DNA of 64,000 bases from Gammaproteobacteria bacterium (GCA_965243205.1 CBDEUK010000002.1:2208001-2272000); one strand, 5' to 3'; positions 20,015 to 33,552 are shown, numbered from the stretch's first letter. A program made the numbers and translations. The notes: generated by a model not told the origin, from the letters alone.

Positions 20015-21430
20015 ATGAAGTATATTGCATTACTTGCAATCAATGTGTACTTTTTTTTAGTTTTTAATAGCGGAATATGTAAACTTTATGAATATTGGAT
20101 AGATGTTCAAGGTTCCATATTATATGGAGTCTTTATATTTATATTAGCCATTTATTTATATTGTGAACGTTTAGGGAAGGTTTCTTTTAGAGAAAATAAC
20201 CAGATAACAGTTCTTGTATCAATTCTATTAATTAGTTTTTTTTATGCTGTCTCAGTATATTGCGGAATTGAACTATTTCAGTTCTTAGCGTTTTGGATTG
20301 CATTAATATTATTACAATTTGCATTATTTAATTATAAAAGCGCAGTCTATATAAGTCCTGCAATATTATTTTTAATATTCTGTTTTCCTGTTTTTGAATA
20401 TTTAAATCCTCTTTTGATTAGACTCAGTAATGATGCTGTTTCATTGTTACTTTCTTTTACCAATCTCAGTGTTAATGTAGATGGAAATATTATCTATCTT
20501 CCTTATGGTAATTTGGAAATTACTGATGGTTGTTCTGGCGTTCGTTATTTGGTCACCTCATTAGCATTGGCTTTTTTTATGGTGTTAACATCAAAAATAA
20601 ATATAAAGAAAACAGCCTTGTTAATTATTTTGGCTATAGGTTTAGGATTACTATTTAATTGGATCAGGATATTTATTTTAGTCTTAATTGCTTATGACTC
20701 TAAGATGCAGTCGGAATTGGTTTATGATCACGAAACATTTGGATGGTTATTGTATTCTGTAGTTATTGTTATTTTAGCTTATATCTATATTAAGCTAGAT
20801 TCGCTAGAAAAAATTAAAATATCAAGCTTCAATTCAAACAAAAAAATATATTGGCTAAATTTTGTAGTTTTATCCTTAGTAATAAGTTTGGGTGTTAATG
20901 TTATAAATATAATCCCACAAAATTATAATAAACCCGAGATAAAAAATATTTCCAATTGGGCATTAGATTCGTCACCTAGTCATAATGAATCTAAAGATCG
21001 TTTTAAATTAAAATATATCTATAGTGACATTGCGACTTCAAATGTTATGAGTAGTAGCCATGTAAACTGGAGATCGAAAGAAGGTGAGGATTTGGTGCCA
21101 TATATATCAGATCTTGAGTCAGATCAAAAATGGCAAAAATACATGAGAAAAAATATTTTAATTAATTCATCTACAGTTCAATATATTTTACAAAAGAATA
21201 AAATAACTAATGAAGACAGAATCAAAATAATCTTTTTTGAGATAGATAATAAAATAATCAATTCTTACCAAAAAGCAAAATTATTACAAATACCTGCTTT
21301 CTTTAGACAAAATAATTATTTTGCATATCATCAGTTAATTATTAATTGTAAATATAATGGATGTGATAAAGAAGAAGGTAAAGTTCTCAATGCAGCTCAA
21401 AACCTGTTAAAAGAACTTACAGTGTATTAA
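20015..21430 (+). CDS. xrtA: Exosortase (EpsH/XrtA type) with C-terminal EpsI-like domain
   Basis: Multi-TM protein with the catalytic Cys/Arg/His triad in ITDGCSGVRYL, NWIRI and DHETFGW; C-terminal soluble domain with AKLLQIP. The subtype is inferred from neighbouring genes. Confidence 0.82.
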   Translation: MKYIALLAINVYFFLVFNSGICKLYEYWIDVQGSILYGVFIFILAIYLYCERLGKVSFRENNQITVLVSILLISFFYAVSVYCGIELFQFLAFWIALILLQFALFNYKSAVYISPAILFLIFCFPVFEYLNPLLIRLSNDAVSLLLSFTNLSVNVDGNIIYLPYGNLEITDGCSGVRYLVTSLALAFFMVLTSKINIKKTALLIILAIGLGLLFNWIRIFILVLIAYDSKMQSELVYDHETFGWLLYSVVIVILAYIYIKLDSLEKIKISSFNSNKKIYWLNFVVLSLVISLGVNVINIIPQNYNKPEIKNISNWALDSSPSHNESKDRFKLKYIYSDIATSNVMSSSHVNWRSKEGEDLVPYISDLESDQKWQKYMRKNILINSSTVQYILQKNKITNEDRIKIIFFEIDNKIINSYQKAKLLQIPAFFRQNNYFAYHQLIINCKYNGCDKEEGKVLNAAQNLLKELTVY

Positions 21431-22419
21431 TTCCAACACGATAAGCGCGCTAAAAAGTTTAGCTTTGTTGAACTAACATCTTCATGTACACCAACACGTT
21501 TAAGTTTATGTAGCACTTGGTTAGTATCGTTAATACCTGATTGAGTTGTTACCGCAGCGGAATAATTGTTTTGTACTAGCTCAGCGCTATAGTCGCTATA
21601 ATCGCCATTGGGATAGCAAAACAATGAAGCAGTATGAGAAGCTTTAGAGTTAATTTCTTTTTGACACCCCAGAACTTCATCTTCTATGAGTTCTTTTGAG
21701 ATGTTATCTTGCAAACGAATATGATGTTTTGTATGACCGCCAAAATCGATTAAACTTGAATCAAGCATATCTTGAATTTCTTGCCAGTTAAGCAGTTGTC
21801 GATTGCGTGAATCTAAATTTAATTCTGTTTCAACATTATCGAGCCAATCATTTAGTTCCGAGTCTAAGTAATGTTTTGCTTTGGCAATAACATCTGAAAT
21901 TTCAGATATATCAGAGTTTTTATTAATATCGAGTTTTTTTCTAAGATTCTCGAGATGCTCAGATTTTAGATTATGATCATCTAATTGAGTAGATATTGAC
22001 GCTAAACGATTAGGCCAAAATATTTTGTTAGTGCCCATCATACTGCTAACCAAAAATATGGTCGCTGATAACTGATGTTGTTTTAAAATAGGAAAAGCAT
22101 ATTGATAGTTATCTTGCCAGCCATCATCAAATGTGATCGCAAAATAATTACCAGGTGATAATGTATTATCATTTTTATGGTCAACCCAATCAGAGAGTTT
22201 AATGGGCTCCATGATTTCTTTTAACCATGTTAGATGGTTGCTAAATGTTTCTGGAGTGACATACATTCCAGGTTCTTCATTCAATTCTTTTGCTATTTCA
22301 GTAGGTAAAACGCGGTGATACATGAGTATCCAAAGCTTTGCTTCATTTGTTTTTTTTGTATGAGCCCCAAGTTTAGCCGCTATTGAATTGAAAATATTTT
22401 TTAAACTACGTTTTATCAT
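21427..22419 (-). CDS. Polysaccharide deacetylase (CE4/NodB)
   Basis: ILMYHRV, AITFDDGWQDN, ATIFL, GHTKHH, FCYPNG. Confidence 0.88.
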   Translation of the reverse strand: MIKRSLKNIFNSIAAKLGAHTKKTNEAKLWILMYHRVLPTEIAKELNEEPGMYVTPETFSNHLTWLKEIMEPIKLSDWVDHKNDNTLSPGNYFAITFDDGWQDNYQYAFPILKQHQLSATIFLVSSMMGTNKIFWPNRLASISTQLDDHNLKSEHLENLRKKLDINKNSDISEISDVIAKAKHYLDSELNDWLDNVETELNLDSRNRQLLNWQEIQDMLDSSLIDFGGHTKHHIRLQDNISKELIEDEVLGCQKEINSKASHTASLFCYPNGDYSDYSAELVQNNYSAAVTTQSGINDTNQVLHKLKRVGVHEDVSSTKLNFLARLSCWN

Positions 22420-22425
22420 TAAAAG

Positions 22426-23775
22426 TTACTCATTACCTTTAAGTTTTGTTACTTCTGCAGAAGCAATACCATTCGATAGTTTTATATCAATATCATCACC
22501 TGAATTTAGTTGTTTAATTGATTGGACTAAACGGCCATCTTTAAGTGTCACCACAGAGTAACCTCGGTTTAAAACAGATAATGGGTTCATTATATCAAGC
22601 GAGCGTTTCAAATGATTCACATGAGTTTGCATGGTTTTAAATCGTTCTTCGTATAGATTTATTAACTGTTGTGTATTTGATTTTAGTTTTTCTTTTTGTA
22701 ACTTCAATTGGTTAGCTGGGTTTTGTATTGATATGGCATTGTGCAATCGTTGTAAATCATTTTGTTGTTTACTTATATGAATCAATGTTCGATTTGATAA
22801 TTGATTTAGAGCCAATTTTAATCGATTTTTAAAACTTTGAATCTGATTGTCAGATGACATTAATTTGCTACTGAGATAATCCAATTTTAAAGAAAATTGA
22901 TTTAAAGTATCAGAAACGATTTTTTTTAATTGGTTCTCAAAGGTTTGTAATGATTGTTTTATATTCATTACATCAGGGCAGATAATTTCAGCCGCAGCTG
23001 AAGGAGTTGGTGCTCTGACATCGACGACAAAATCAGTAATCGTAAAATCGATTTCATGTCCAACACCGCTAACCGTTGGGATAGGGCAGTCAAAGATTTT
23101 ACGAACAAGCGTTTCATCATTAAATGCCCAAAGATCTTCTATCGAACCGCCACCACGAGCAAATAGTAAAACATCAACTTCGTTGCGTTGAATAACCGTG
23201 TCTAACATTTTAGTTATTTCTATTGCTGCGCCGTCACCTTGTACAGGTACAGGGTAAATGTTTACGTTTGCTATTGGGTAACGTCGTTTTATAACATGCA
23301 AAATATCTCGAATGGCAGCGCCAGTTGCAGAGGTAATAACACCAATTGAATTTGGGTAATCAGGCAAAGGTTTTTTTTCATCTTGTGAAAATAGACCTTC
23401 TTTGTTTAATTTCTGTTTCAGTTCTTCATAAGCTCTTTGTAATGCCCCAGCTCCAGCTGGTTCCATTTGTTCAACAATTAACTGAAATTCGCCTCGATCT
23501 TCGTACAAACTCACATTGACGAGTAATAAGACTTCATCACCATTTTGTGGATTGAATTTCAACATGCGGTTACGACCACGAAACATGGCGCAACGTACCT
23601 GAGAGTTAGCATCTTTGAGCGAGAAATACATATGTCCTGAGGCTGGTTGGGCAAAATTAGAAATTTCACCTTTTACCCACATTACAGGAAAACTGCCTTC
23701 TAGCACCGCTTTCACCTCGCGGTTTAAACGCGTAACGCTGTAAATATCAAACTGATTCGGGTCGTTATTGGCCAT
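22426..23775 (-). CDS. xseA: Exodeoxyribonuclease VII large subunit
   Basis: WVKGEISNF, SGHMYFSLKD, ARGGGSIEDLWAFN, GVGHEIDFT, RAPTPSAAAE. Confidence 0.97.
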   Translation of the reverse strand: MANNDPNQFDIYSVTRLNREVKAVLEGSFPVMWVKGEISNFAQPASGHMYFSLKDANSQVRCAMFRGRNRMLKFNPQNGDEVLLLVNVSLYEDRGEFQLIVEQMEPAGAGALQRAYEELKQKLNKEGLFSQDEKKPLPDYPNSIGVITSATGAAIRDILHVIKRRYPIANVNIYPVPVQGDGAAIEITKMLDTVIQRNEVDVLLFARGGGSIEDLWAFNDETLVRKIFDCPIPTVSGVGHEIDFTITDFVVDVRAPTPSAAAEIICPDVMNIKQSLQTFENQLKKIVSDTLNQFSLKLDYLSSKLMSSDNQIQSFKNRLKLALNQLSNRTLIHISKQQNDLQRLHNAISIQNPANQLKLQKEKLKSNTQQLINLYEERFKTMQTHVNHLKRSLDIMNPLSVLNRGYSVVTLKDGRLVQSIKQLNSGDDIDIKLSNGIASAEVTKLKGNE

Positions 23776-23831
23776 ATCCAGTATTTATCGGTTTAGTTGC
23801 CTGATTACCTTATATTTTCTGAGTTCTTTAG

Positions 23832-23860
23832 TTTACCCTAGGAGGCTCTATCACTATAAT
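23832..23860 (+). promoter_or_regulatory. Putative sigma70 promoter of guaBA
   Basis: TTTACC-N17-TATAAT followed by a GC-rich discriminator (ACCGCGC). Confidence 0.5.
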
Positions 23861-23888
23861 ACCGCGCACTTTCAAATCTGCGGAATGA

Positions 23889-25355
<1,467 letters not shown>

Positions 25356-25356
25356 T

Positions 25357-26931
25357 ATGAAGAATATTCATTCTGAAAAAGTCCTGATCCTGGACTTTGG
25401 TTCACAATACACACAATTAATTGCACGTCGCGTGCGTGAAGCGAATGTATTTAGTGAAATCGTACCGTTCGATATCGATGATGAATTTATAAAAAACTAT
25501 AACGCTAAAGCGGTTATCTTATCGGGTGGTCCAGAATCAGTGAATGAATCTGTTCATGTCAAAGCACCTGATATCGTTTTCCAACTTGGTATTCCAGTGC
25601 TTGGTATTTGTTATGGCATGCAAACTATGGCAGCGCAGTTAGGTGGTAAAGTTGAAACATCAACGCATCGAGAATTTGGTTATGCCCAAGTGCGTGCAAG
25701 AGGTCACTCTAATCTATTAAAAGATATTCAGGATGAAACCAACGATGAAGGCCATGGTTTATTAGATGTATGGATGAGTCACGGTGATCATGTAACGGAT
25801 TTACCACCTGAATTTAAAATTATTGCATCAACTGATAACGCGCCTATTGCAGGTATAGCAAACGAAGAAAAACAGTTTTACGGTTTACAGTTTCACCCAG
25901 AAGTTACTCATACCAAACAAGGTATGGAAATTTTGCAACGCTTTTTACATGAGATAGCTGGTTGTGGTCGTTTATGGACTACCGATAAAATTATTGAAGA
26001 CATTCTTAATTCAGTAAAACAACAAGTTGGTAATGATCAAGTTTTATTGGGTTTATCGGGTGGTGTGGATTCTTCAGTCGTTGCTGCTTTATTACATAAA
26101 GCCATCGGCGATCAATTAACCTGTGTGTTTGTTGATAATGGATTGTTAAGACTTAATGAAGGACAACAAGTCATGGATACCTTTGCAGAGCACATGGGAG
26201 TGAAAGTTGTACATGCTAAAGCTGAGGATCGTTTTCTCAATGCATTAAAAGGTGAGGATGACCCAGAACAAAAACGTAAGATCATTGGTAAAACCTTTAT
26301 TGATGTATTTGATGAGGAATCGCATAAATTAGAAGGTATCAATTGGTTAGCTCAAGGCACGATTTATCCTGATGTGATCGAATCGGCTGGTGCCAAAACT
26401 GGTAAAGCGCATGTGATCAAATCACATCATAATGTGGGTGGCTTACCAGAAGATATGAAAATGTCTTTAGTCGAACCATTACGTGAATTATTCAAAGATG
26501 AAGTTCGTAAGATCGGTTTAGAATTAGGTCTACCCGAACAAATGATCATGCGACATCCATTTCCTGGCCCAGGTTTAGGTGTACGTATCTTAGGTGAAGT
26601 CAAAAAAGAATATGCAGACTTATTACGTTTAGCGGATCATATTTTTATCGAAGAATTATACAAACACGATTTATATTATAAAACATCACAAGCCTTTACT
26701 GTTTTCCTTCCTGTTAAATCTGTTGGAGTTATGGGCGATGCTCGAAAATATGATTATGTGGTTTCATTAAGAGCCGTTGAAACGATTGATTTCATGACCG
26801 CACGTTGGGCTCATTTACCACATGACTTTTTAGAACATGTTTCTAATCGTATCATCAATGAAGTCGATGGTATTTCTCGAGTAACTTACGATATATCCAG
26901 CAAACCACCAGCTACAATTGAGTGGGAATAA
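25357..26931 (+). CDS. guaA: GMP synthase (glutamine-hydrolysing)
   Basis: [44 protein letters not shown]. Confidence 0.98.
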   Translation: MKNIHSEKVLILDFGSQYTQLIARRVREANVFSEIVPFDIDDEFIKNYNAKAVILSGGPESVNESVHVKAPDIVFQLGIPVLGICYGMQTMAAQLGGKVETSTHREFGYAQVRARGHSNLLKDIQDETNDEGHGLLDVWMSHGDHVTDLPPEFKIIASTDNAPIAGIANEEKQFYGLQFHPEVTHTKQGMEILQRFLHEIAGCGRLWTTDKIIEDILNSVKQQVGNDQVLLGLSGGVDSSVVAALLHKAIGDQLTCVFVDNGLLRLNEGQQVMDTFAEHMGVKVVHAKAEDRFLNALKGEDDPEQKRKIIGKTFIDVFDEESHKLEGINWLAQGTIYPDVIESAGAKTGKAHVIKSHHNVGGLPEDMKMSLVEPLRELFKDEVRKIGLELGLPEQMIMRHPFPGPGLGVRILGEVKKEYADLLRLADHIFIEELYKHDLYYKTSQAFTVFLPVKSVGVMGDARKYDYVVSLRAVETIDFMTARWAHLPHDFLEHVSNRIINEVDGISRVTYDISSKPPATIEWE

Positions 26932-26948
26932 ATAATCAAGGAGTAGAT

Positions 26949-27341
26949 ATGGCTCCAATCATTGTTCCAAGCTACGCAGCGATATTTGCGTTACTATTTA
27001 TTTTTCTAAGCATTAGAACGATACGTTTAAGACGTGCAAATAAAATTCCTGTTGGTGATAATAATAAAGTCCTCCAGAAAGCTATCAGAGCTCACGCAAA
27101 TTTTTCTGAATACGTTCCATTCAGTTTATTGTTATTAATATTCGTTGAGATGATGAATTATTCTTGGTACTTAGTGCATCTATTATGTATTGCTTTATTG
27201 ATTGGTCGAATCTCTCATGCTTATGGGGTTAGCCAAGTCGAAGAAGATTATCGTTTCCGTATTTATGGAATGGCAATGACATTTACATCAATCGGTATTT
27301 CTAGTTTTCTTATCTTAATGAAAGCTATTGGCATCGTATAA
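26949..27341 (+). CDS. MAPEG family membrane protein
   Basis: AAGGAG RBS before ATG 26949; RAHANFSEYVP, GRISHAYG. Confidence 0.85.
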   Translation: MAPIIVPSYAAIFALLFIFLSIRTIRLRRANKIPVGDNNKVLQKAIRAHANFSEYVPFSLLLLIFVEMMNYSWYLVHLLCIALLIGRISHAYGVSQVEEDYRFRIYGMAMTFTSIGISSFLILMKAIGIV

Positions 27342-27343
27342 TT

Positions 27344-27805
27344 ATGAATGTTGATGAACAATGGATGCGGAGGGTTTTAGAGTTAGCAAAGCAAGCTGAG
27401 CTTGAAGGAGAAGTGCCTGTAGGTGCCGTTTTAGTAAAAGATAATCAAGTTGTTGCGGAAGCTTATAATCAACCCATTACATTATGCGATCCAACGGCAC
27501 ACGCGGAAATGCTTGCATTGCGTGAAGGTGCGAAAGCACTAAATAACTATCGACTATTAAACACAACTTTATATGTCACGCTTGAACCTTGTGCCATGTG
27601 CGCTATGGCTTTGATACATGCTCGAGTTGAACGAGTTGTGTTTGGTGCCAGTGATCCAAAAACTGGCGCAGCGGGCAGTGTGTACTCTATTTTAGGGACG
27701 GACGAGTTGAATCATAAAGTGGATGTGGAAAAAGGTATATTAGAAGCTGAGTGTTCAGCTTTATTAAGTGACTTTTTCAAACAAAAACGCCAAAGAGTTT
27801 CATAA
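27344..27805 (+). CDS. tadA: tRNA adenosine(34) deaminase
   Basis: GEVPVGAV, DPTAHAE, NYRL, TLEPCAMC, DPKTGA. Confidence 0.96.
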   Translation: MNVDEQWMRRVLELAKQAELEGEVPVGAVLVKDNQVVAEAYNQPITLCDPTAHAEMLALREGAKALNNYRLLNTTLYVTLEPCAMCAMALIHARVERVVFGASDPKTGAAGSVYSILGTDELNHKVDVEKGILEAECSALLSDFFKQKRQRVS

Positions 27806-27889
27806 CAAACAATTTTTATTGAGCATTTATAGTGCTCTTTTAAGTCTTTTCCGCTATCGTATATACCATTACAGTCTTTGGTATTTTTC

Positions 27890-30064
27890 ATGTTCAATAA
27901 AGCTCCAAGTCTCTTTTCATATACAACCTACTGGGCAGAGTGTTTCGGTATTGCGCCGTATTTACCAATGTCCAGGGCAGAGATGGATGAACTTGGTTGG
28001 GATAGTTGCGATATTATTTTAGTGACAGGCGATGCTTATATCGATCACCCAAGTTTTGGTATGGCTGTAATGGGTCGCTTGCTTGAATCGCAAGGGTTTC
28101 GCGTGGGAATTATTTCTCAACCGAATTGGCAAAATACTGAAGACTTCATGAAACTGGGTAAACCCAATTTATATTTTGGTGTTACCGCAGGCAATATGGA
28201 TTCACTCATCAACCGTTACACAGCGGATTTACGATTACGTAGTGATGATGCCTATACACCGAACGGTGAAGCAGGAAAGCGTCCAGATCGTTCAGTGATT
28301 GTTTATAGTCAACGCTGTAAAGAAGCTTATAAAGATGTACCTATAGTGATTGGTGGTATAGAAGCTAGTTTACGCCGTATTGCTCAATATGATTACTGGA
28401 GCGATAAAGTTAGAAAGTCTATCTTAATTGATTCAGGCGCGGATATTTTATTATTCGGAAATGCTGAAAGGGCAATCTTAGAAATAACTCATAAGGTTGC
28501 ACAAGGTATCAATATAAAAGAATTACAAAATATTCGTGGTACAGCAGTGTTGCGAGAATCGTTGCCTGAAGATTGGATTGAGATCGATTCTTCTCGCATA
28601 GATTGGCCAAGTACATGGCCAAAAGATATCGATGTAAAAAACAATCCTTATGATTACGATCATAACCCTCAAACAAATGAAGAGTGTGCTTCGAAAAATC
28701 AAGCTGCTCAAGAATCAGAAAGTAATCAAAAAGAAATTAAATTAATTCCTATGCCGTTGGCGAACAAGTTGCGATTAGATCCAGAGAAGACCTGTATACG
28801 TTTGCCATCATTTGAAAAGGTTAGAAATGATTCTGCATTGTATGCACATACATCTCGTGTTTTACATCTTGAATCAAACCCTCATAACGCCAAACCTTTA
28901 GTGCAACGTCATGGTACTCAAGATATATTAATTAATTTGCCTCCTATTCCGTTAAGTACAGAAGAAATGGATGCCGTATTCGATTTACCGTATCAACGCA
29001 GACCACATCCAAGTTACGGTGATGCAAAGATACCAGCTTATGACATGATCAAATTTTCTGTGAATATCATGCGCGGTTGCTTTGGTGGTTGTACTTTTTG
29101 TTCCATTACTGAACATGAGGGTCGCATTATCCAAAGCCGTTCCCAAGAATCCGTGTTACGTGAAATAGAAGAAATACGTGATAACGTACCAGGCTTTACT
29201 GGGACCATATCCGATCTGGGTGGGCCAACGGCAAATATGTATCACCTTAATTGTAAGGACGATAAAATCCAAGCGAATTGCAGAAGGCTATCCTGTGTCT
29301 ACCCAGGTATTTGTAAAAACTTAAAAACCGATCACAGTGAAACAACAAACCTTTATCGTAAAGCCAGGAAAATAAAAGGAATTAAACGTGTCATGGTGGC
29401 TTCAGGCTTAAGGTATGACTTGGCAGTGGAAGATCCAGAATATGTTAAAGAGTTAGTAACGCATCATGTTGGTGGTTATTTAAAGATCGCACCAGAACAT
29501 AGTGAGCAAGGCCCGTTAAGTAAAATGATGAAACCAGGTATGGGGTCTTACGATAAATTTAAAAAGATGTTTGAAAAATTTTCTAAGGAGGCAGGTAAAG
29601 AACAATATTTAATTCCTTACTTTATTGCAGCTCATCCAGGTTCTGAAAATGAAGACATGCTTAATCTTGCGCTGTGGTTAAAGAAATATAATTTCAAACT
29701 CGATCAAGTTCAGACTTTTTATCCTTCACCAATGGCATTAGCCACAGCTATGTACCATTCAGGCAAAGATCCATTGCATAAAGTGAAATATAAAAGTGAT
29801 AAAATTTTTGTACCCAAAGAATTAGAACAACGTCGATTGCAAAAAGCATTTTTACGCTATCATGATTCGAATAATTGGGATGTGCTACGTGCTGCTTTAA
29901 AAGATATGAATCGATCGGAGTTAATAGGTGATGGTGTGAATCAATTAATACCTTCTGAAAAGCAAGCTATGCAAATTGAAAAACAACAACAATTTAAAAA
30001 GCGCGTGACAGATTCTAAACGTACTATTAAAAAACAGCGTGCAAATAGAAAAAAACATCACTAG
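27890..30064 (+). CDS. ygiQ: YgiQ-family radical SAM protein
   Basis: [35 protein letters not shown] (CxxxCxxC), [10 protein letters not shown]. Confidence 0.93.
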   Translation: MFNKAPSLFSYTTYWAECFGIAPYLPMSRAEMDELGWDSCDIILVTGDAYIDHPSFGMAVMGRLLESQGFRVGIISQPNWQNTEDFMKLGKPNLYFGVTAGNMDSLINRYTADLRLRSDDAYTPNGEAGKRPDRSVIVYSQRCKEAYKDVPIVIGGIEASLRRIAQYDYWSDKVRKSILIDSGADILLFGNAERAILEITHKVAQGINIKELQNIRGTAVLRESLPEDWIEIDSSRIDWPSTWPKDIDVKNNPYDYDHNPQTNEECASKNQAAQESESNQKEIKLIPMPLANKLRLDPEKTCIRLPSFEKVRNDSALYAHTSRVLHLESNPHNAKPLVQRHGTQDILINLPPIPLSTEEMDAVFDLPYQRRPHPSYGDAKIPAYDMIKFSVNIMRGCFGGCTFCSITEHEGRIIQSRSQESVLREIEEIRDNVPGFTGTISDLGGPTANMYHLNCKDDKIQANCRRLSCVYPGICKNLKTDHSETTNLYRKARKIKGIKRVMVASGLRYDLAVEDPEYVKELVTHHVGGYLKIAPEHSEQGPLSKMMKPGMGSYDKFKKMFEKFSKEAGKEQYLIPYFIAAHPGSENEDMLNLALWLKKYNFKLDQVQTFYPSPMALATAMYHSGKDPLHKVKYKSDKIFVPKELEQRRLQKAFLRYHDSNNWDVLRAALKDMNRSELIGDGVNQLIPSEKQAMQIEKQQQFKKRVTDSKRTIKKQRANRKKHH

Positions 30065-30073
30065 TGAATAACG

Positions 30074-30568
30074 ATGAGTGACCAGCAACTTGAATTATTA
30101 GCAATACAATTAGGTGAAATAGCTTTATCACATGATTATTTAATTGCGACAGCAGAATCTTGTACTGGTGGTGGCGTTGCAGAAGCTATCACGCGTATTG
30201 CTGGAAGTTCACAATGGTTTGATAGAAGTTTTGTAACCTATTCGAATAATGCAAAAACTGAAATGTTAGATGTTCAACAACAAACTTTGGATGAGTATGG
30301 TGCTGTTAGCGAACAGACAGCACGAGAAATGGCATTAGGTGCATTAAAACACTCACATTCTGATATTGTTGTTTCTATTACAGGCATCGCAGGCCCAGGT
30401 GGTGGTTCGGAAGAAAAACCCGTTGGTACAGTATGTTTTGCATGGGGTGATCGAATTGCAGAAATTATAACTGCAACTGTACTTTTCAAAGGCGACAGAC
30501 AATCCATTCGTATGCAATCATGCATGATGGCGCTGCAAGGATTAATAGATCTCATACAAAAACACTAA
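30074..30568 (+). CDS. pncC: Nicotinamide-nucleotide amidohydrolase (CinA C-terminal family)
   Basis: ATAESCTGG, GSSQWF, VTYSN.AK, GAVSE, SITGIAGPGGG..EKPVGTV. Confidence 0.93.
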   Translation: MSDQQLELLAIQLGEIALSHDYLIATAESCTGGGVAEAITRIAGSSQWFDRSFVTYSNNAKTEMLDVQQQTLDEYGAVSEQTAREMALGALKHSHSDIVVSITGIAGPGGGSEEKPVGTVCFAWGDRIAEIITATVLFKGDRQSIRMQSCMMALQGLIDLIQKH

Positions 30569-30599
30569 TTCCTCATGAAATTATTCACTAAATCTACAT

Positions 30600-30621
30600 T
30601 AATGTGATCTAGATCATATTT
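30600..30621. promoter_or_regulatory. Near-consensus CRP site
   Basis: TAATGTGATCTAGATCATATTT, 20/22 identical to the E. coli consensus AAATGTGATCTAGATCACATTT; upstream of the VPLPA-CTERM gene. Confidence 0.7.
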
Positions 30622-30792
30622 TCTTCTTAATAATGTTTTTGCCTTAGTCACAGTTAAATAGAATAGCCAAATTTACTCTCTTTAATATTACTCAAGAGAT
30701 TTGGGTGTTAGAGAGTTTTTCTGATATTGGACTGGTTATTGCTTTTTATTTTCAGCCTTAAATTATAATAGATAGTTCCAGGGAGAGCTTTC

Positions 30793-31476
30793 ATGTCGTA
30801 TCTAAATCGTAATTTGCTATTCATTCTGTTTTTAATCATTTCTTATAACTCACACTCAGCGGTTACCACATACAGTTTTGAGGCTGATTATTTAGCTGCT
30901 CTGGGTTCTGCCACTACCATTACTGAAAATTTTGATGCTTTGACAGCAGAGCAGATTATCAATAATGGCGATACTATTAATGGTATTACATATGAGTATT
31001 CACCATTAGAAGCAGGTCCGATTTTAATGATAGATAACCTCACTGATACTACTTCAGGGTTGAACTATTTAAGTACGGATGATGGGTTAGGCTTCTTAGG
31101 AGGCGATTCTTTAACAATAACTTTTGACCAAACTTTATTTGCTATTGGCTTATACATCATTACAGATTCTTTTTTATTAGATGGTGATGTCACCTTAACG
31201 ACTAACAATAGTCAAGAAGCATCTAATAGTGAATTTTCTGATACCGATGTGTTTTTATTTGATGCTGAAGCTTTTTTCATTGGTTTGATTGAAGATGATT
31301 TGAGCCAAGGCTTTAACAGTATTACTCTCACCAGTCTTGATGAAGGTTTTTTATTTACAATTGATGATATTACTGCAGCGACTGTAACAGCTCCTGTTCC
31401 TTTACCTGCTGCATTCGGTTTGTTTTCATTAGGTTTATTTTCACTGGGTTTTTTGAGGCGCGATAGTCTTTCTTGA
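30793..31476 (+). CDS. VPLPA-CTERM (PEP-CTERM-like) sorting-domain protein, acidic
   Basis: Signal peptide; C-terminal VPLPAA, hydrophobic helix and RR. Confidence 0.88.
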   Translation: MSYLNRNLLFILFLIISYNSHSAVTTYSFEADYLAALGSATTITENFDALTAEQIINNGDTINGITYEYSPLEAGPILMIDNLTDTTSGLNYLSTDDGLGFLGGDSLTITFDQTLFAIGLYIITDSFLLDGDVTLTTNNSQEASNSEFSDTDVFLFDAEAFFIGLIEDDLSQGFNSITLTSLDEGFLFTIDDITAATVTAPVPLPAAFGLFSLGLFSLGFLRRDSLS

Positions 31477-31567
31477 TGAAAGTCTATTTTTACCAATAAA
31501 TTACAAAGGATAGTTTTATAAACAAAGTAACTATTAGGGTAATTAATGATTAATTTTTCATTAAAGA

Positions 31568-33442
31568 CTAATGTAATGTTTTAAATTCTTTGGTGTCTAT
31601 AGCGAACTTCTTGATTCTTGAAGCTACTGTGGTTGGTTTTATTCCTAAAATATCGGCTACACCTCCTTGTCCAAATACTTTGCCTTCACATTTCTGTAAG
31701 GCTTTTATTAAGTTTCGACGTTCATGGTCACGAAATTCAGATTCAGTTAATATATCACTTTTATTTAAAATACTTGCAATATCAGACTGATTCGAAGTTT
31801 TTACTTCAAGATTACTAAAAGTAACAGAATTTCCACGACATAATATAACTTGTCGTTCAATTATATTTTCAAGTTCCCGAATATTTCCTGGCCAATGGTA
31901 TTGTTTTAAACGTTCTAATTCATTTAATGAAATCTTCAAATCTTGTTTGTTATTTTTCTTACTTGCTCGATTTAAAAAATGTTGCACAAGTATTGGGATA
32001 TCTTCCGTTCTTGAACGTAATGGAACTGATTCAATAGGAAATACGTTTAGTCTGAAATATAAGTCCTCTCTGAATTTACCCTGTTGAACCAATTCTTTTA
32101 AGTTACGATTGGTTGCAGCAATAATGCGCACATCAACTTTACGAGTTTTGGAATCACCTATGCGTTCAAATTGTTGTTCTTGTAATACTCGTAATAATTT
32201 ACCTTGAAGGTTTAATGGAATTTCACCAACTTCATCTAGAAAAATTGTGCCACCATCAGCTAATTCAAATCGTCCGGGTCTATCAGAAGTTGCTCCAGTA
32301 AAGGCACCTTTGATGTGTCCAAAAAATTCACTTTCAAATAGATCTTCAGGTATAGCAGCGCAATTTACTCTTATTAACGAACGATCGGAACGTTGGCTGG
32401 TATCATGGATAGCACGAGCTATGAGTTCTTTACCTGTACCTGATTCTCCAGAAATTAAAACCGTTGCTTCTGTTTTTGAGACGAGATTTATTTGTTGAAT
32501 AATATTTTGTATAGCGGGGCTTTTACCTAAAATTTGTTGATGGTTATATTCGGCGCTTATTTCCTCCTGGAGATAGGCATTTTCCATTTCTAAACGATTT
32601 TTTAGTTGTTGTACTTCTGTTAATGCATTCAGTAATTTTTCTTTTACTTTACGTTTTTCAGTCACATCTCTAAAAACGATAACTGCACCGACAATAAAAC
32701 CATTATCTCTAATAGGTGTGCTAGTGTATTCAACATGAATGGGCTTTCGTGATTTACTCCAAAAAATGTCATCTTCGACCGTGTGTACAGTACCGTCACG
32801 AAATGCTGCAAAGATAGGACATTGTTCTACATTAAAATGTGTTCCATCTTCATGACTATGATGGATGATACTGTGCATGTTTCTACCTTCGAGTTCTTCA
32901 GCTTTATAACCTAAGATCCTTTCGGCTTGTGGGTTGATAAAAGTTGTTAAACCATTAGCATCAACACCATATATCCCTTCGCCAACAGCATCTAAAATTA
33001 ATTCGTTTTGTCTCTCGAATTCTTGGAACACTTTATTCACGCGACTCCAATGTCCAATGCCAGATTTATAATGTTTTTCCGCATCTGAATAACTGCGATA
33101 CCTATCCAAATCTTCACAGGCTTGTAAGCTCATGAATAATAATTTATCTCCATTATCATCCATTGAACGACAACAGACTTCTAAACGAATGTCATTGTTT
33201 CGGCTTTTCATCATTAAATGATCACTCCATGCAAACCCTTTTGAAATAACTTGTTCGGAAAATACAAGTAACGATGGAAAAGAAGGAGAAAATAATTCAC
33301 TTACTTTTAAAGCTAATAATTCATTACGATGCATACCGATTAATCGACAGGCTTCTTGATTACAAGAAATGATTTCATTATCAGATGAATTGATGATGAG
33401 TTGAGCTGTAGCAGATTGATCAAAGTAATGTTCTAAAATCAT
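31568..33442 (-). CDS. sigma54-dependent transcriptional activator (2x PAS, AAA+, HTH)
   Basis: GESGTGKE, ESEFFGHIKGAFTGA, FLDEVGE, WPGNIREL; PAS domain EGIYGVD..G..TFINP.AE..LG. Divergent from the cyanate operon. Start may instead be 33472. Confidence 0.9.
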   Translation of the reverse strand: MILEHYFDQSATAQLIINSSDNEIISCNQEACRLIGMHRNELLALKVSELFSPSFPSLLVFSEQVISKGFAWSDHLMMKSRNNDIRLEVCCRSMDDNGDKLLFMSLQACEDLDRYRSYSDAEKHYKSGIGHWSRVNKVFQEFERQNELILDAVGEGIYGVDANGLTTFINPQAERILGYKAEELEGRNMHSIIHHSHEDGTHFNVEQCPIFAAFRDGTVHTVEDDIFWSKSRKPIHVEYTSTPIRDNGFIVGAVIVFRDVTEKRKVKEKLLNALTEVQQLKNRLEMENAYLQEEISAEYNHQQILGKSPAIQNIIQQINLVSKTEATVLISGESGTGKELIARAIHDTSQRSDRSLIRVNCAAIPEDLFESEFFGHIKGAFTGATSDRPGRFELADGGTIFLDEVGEIPLNLQGKLLRVLQEQQFERIGDSKTRKVDVRIIAATNRNLKELVQQGKFREDLYFRLNVFPIESVPLRSRTEDIPILVQHFLNRASKKNNKQDLKISLNELERLKQYHWPGNIRELENIIERQVILCRGNSVTFSNLEVKTSNQSDIASILNKSDILTESEFRDHERRNLIKALQKCEGKVFGQGGVADILGIKPTTVASRIKKFAIDTKEFKTLH

Positions 33443-33499
33443 TTTAAAAAATTCATTAATGAATACACACATTACTATTACAAGTTCGATACCAATTAC

Positions 33500-33552
33500 T
33501 ACGAAGCTTCGTAATATCTAAAACGATAGTTCGTTAATTACGAAATATCATA
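33500..33552. promoter_or_regulatory. Three ACGA-N4-TCGT-type inverted repeats (candidate enhancer/UAS)
   Basis: TACGAAGCTTCGTA (33500-33513, perfect palindrome), AACGATAGTTCGTT (33522-33535), TACGAAATATCATA (33539-33552). Confidence 0.6.

Noticed and set aside
31417-31449. GLFSL-GLFSL tandem repeat in the VPLPA TM helix
   Set aside because: Short imperfect 15-bp duplication within a hydrophobic helix; no evident significance.
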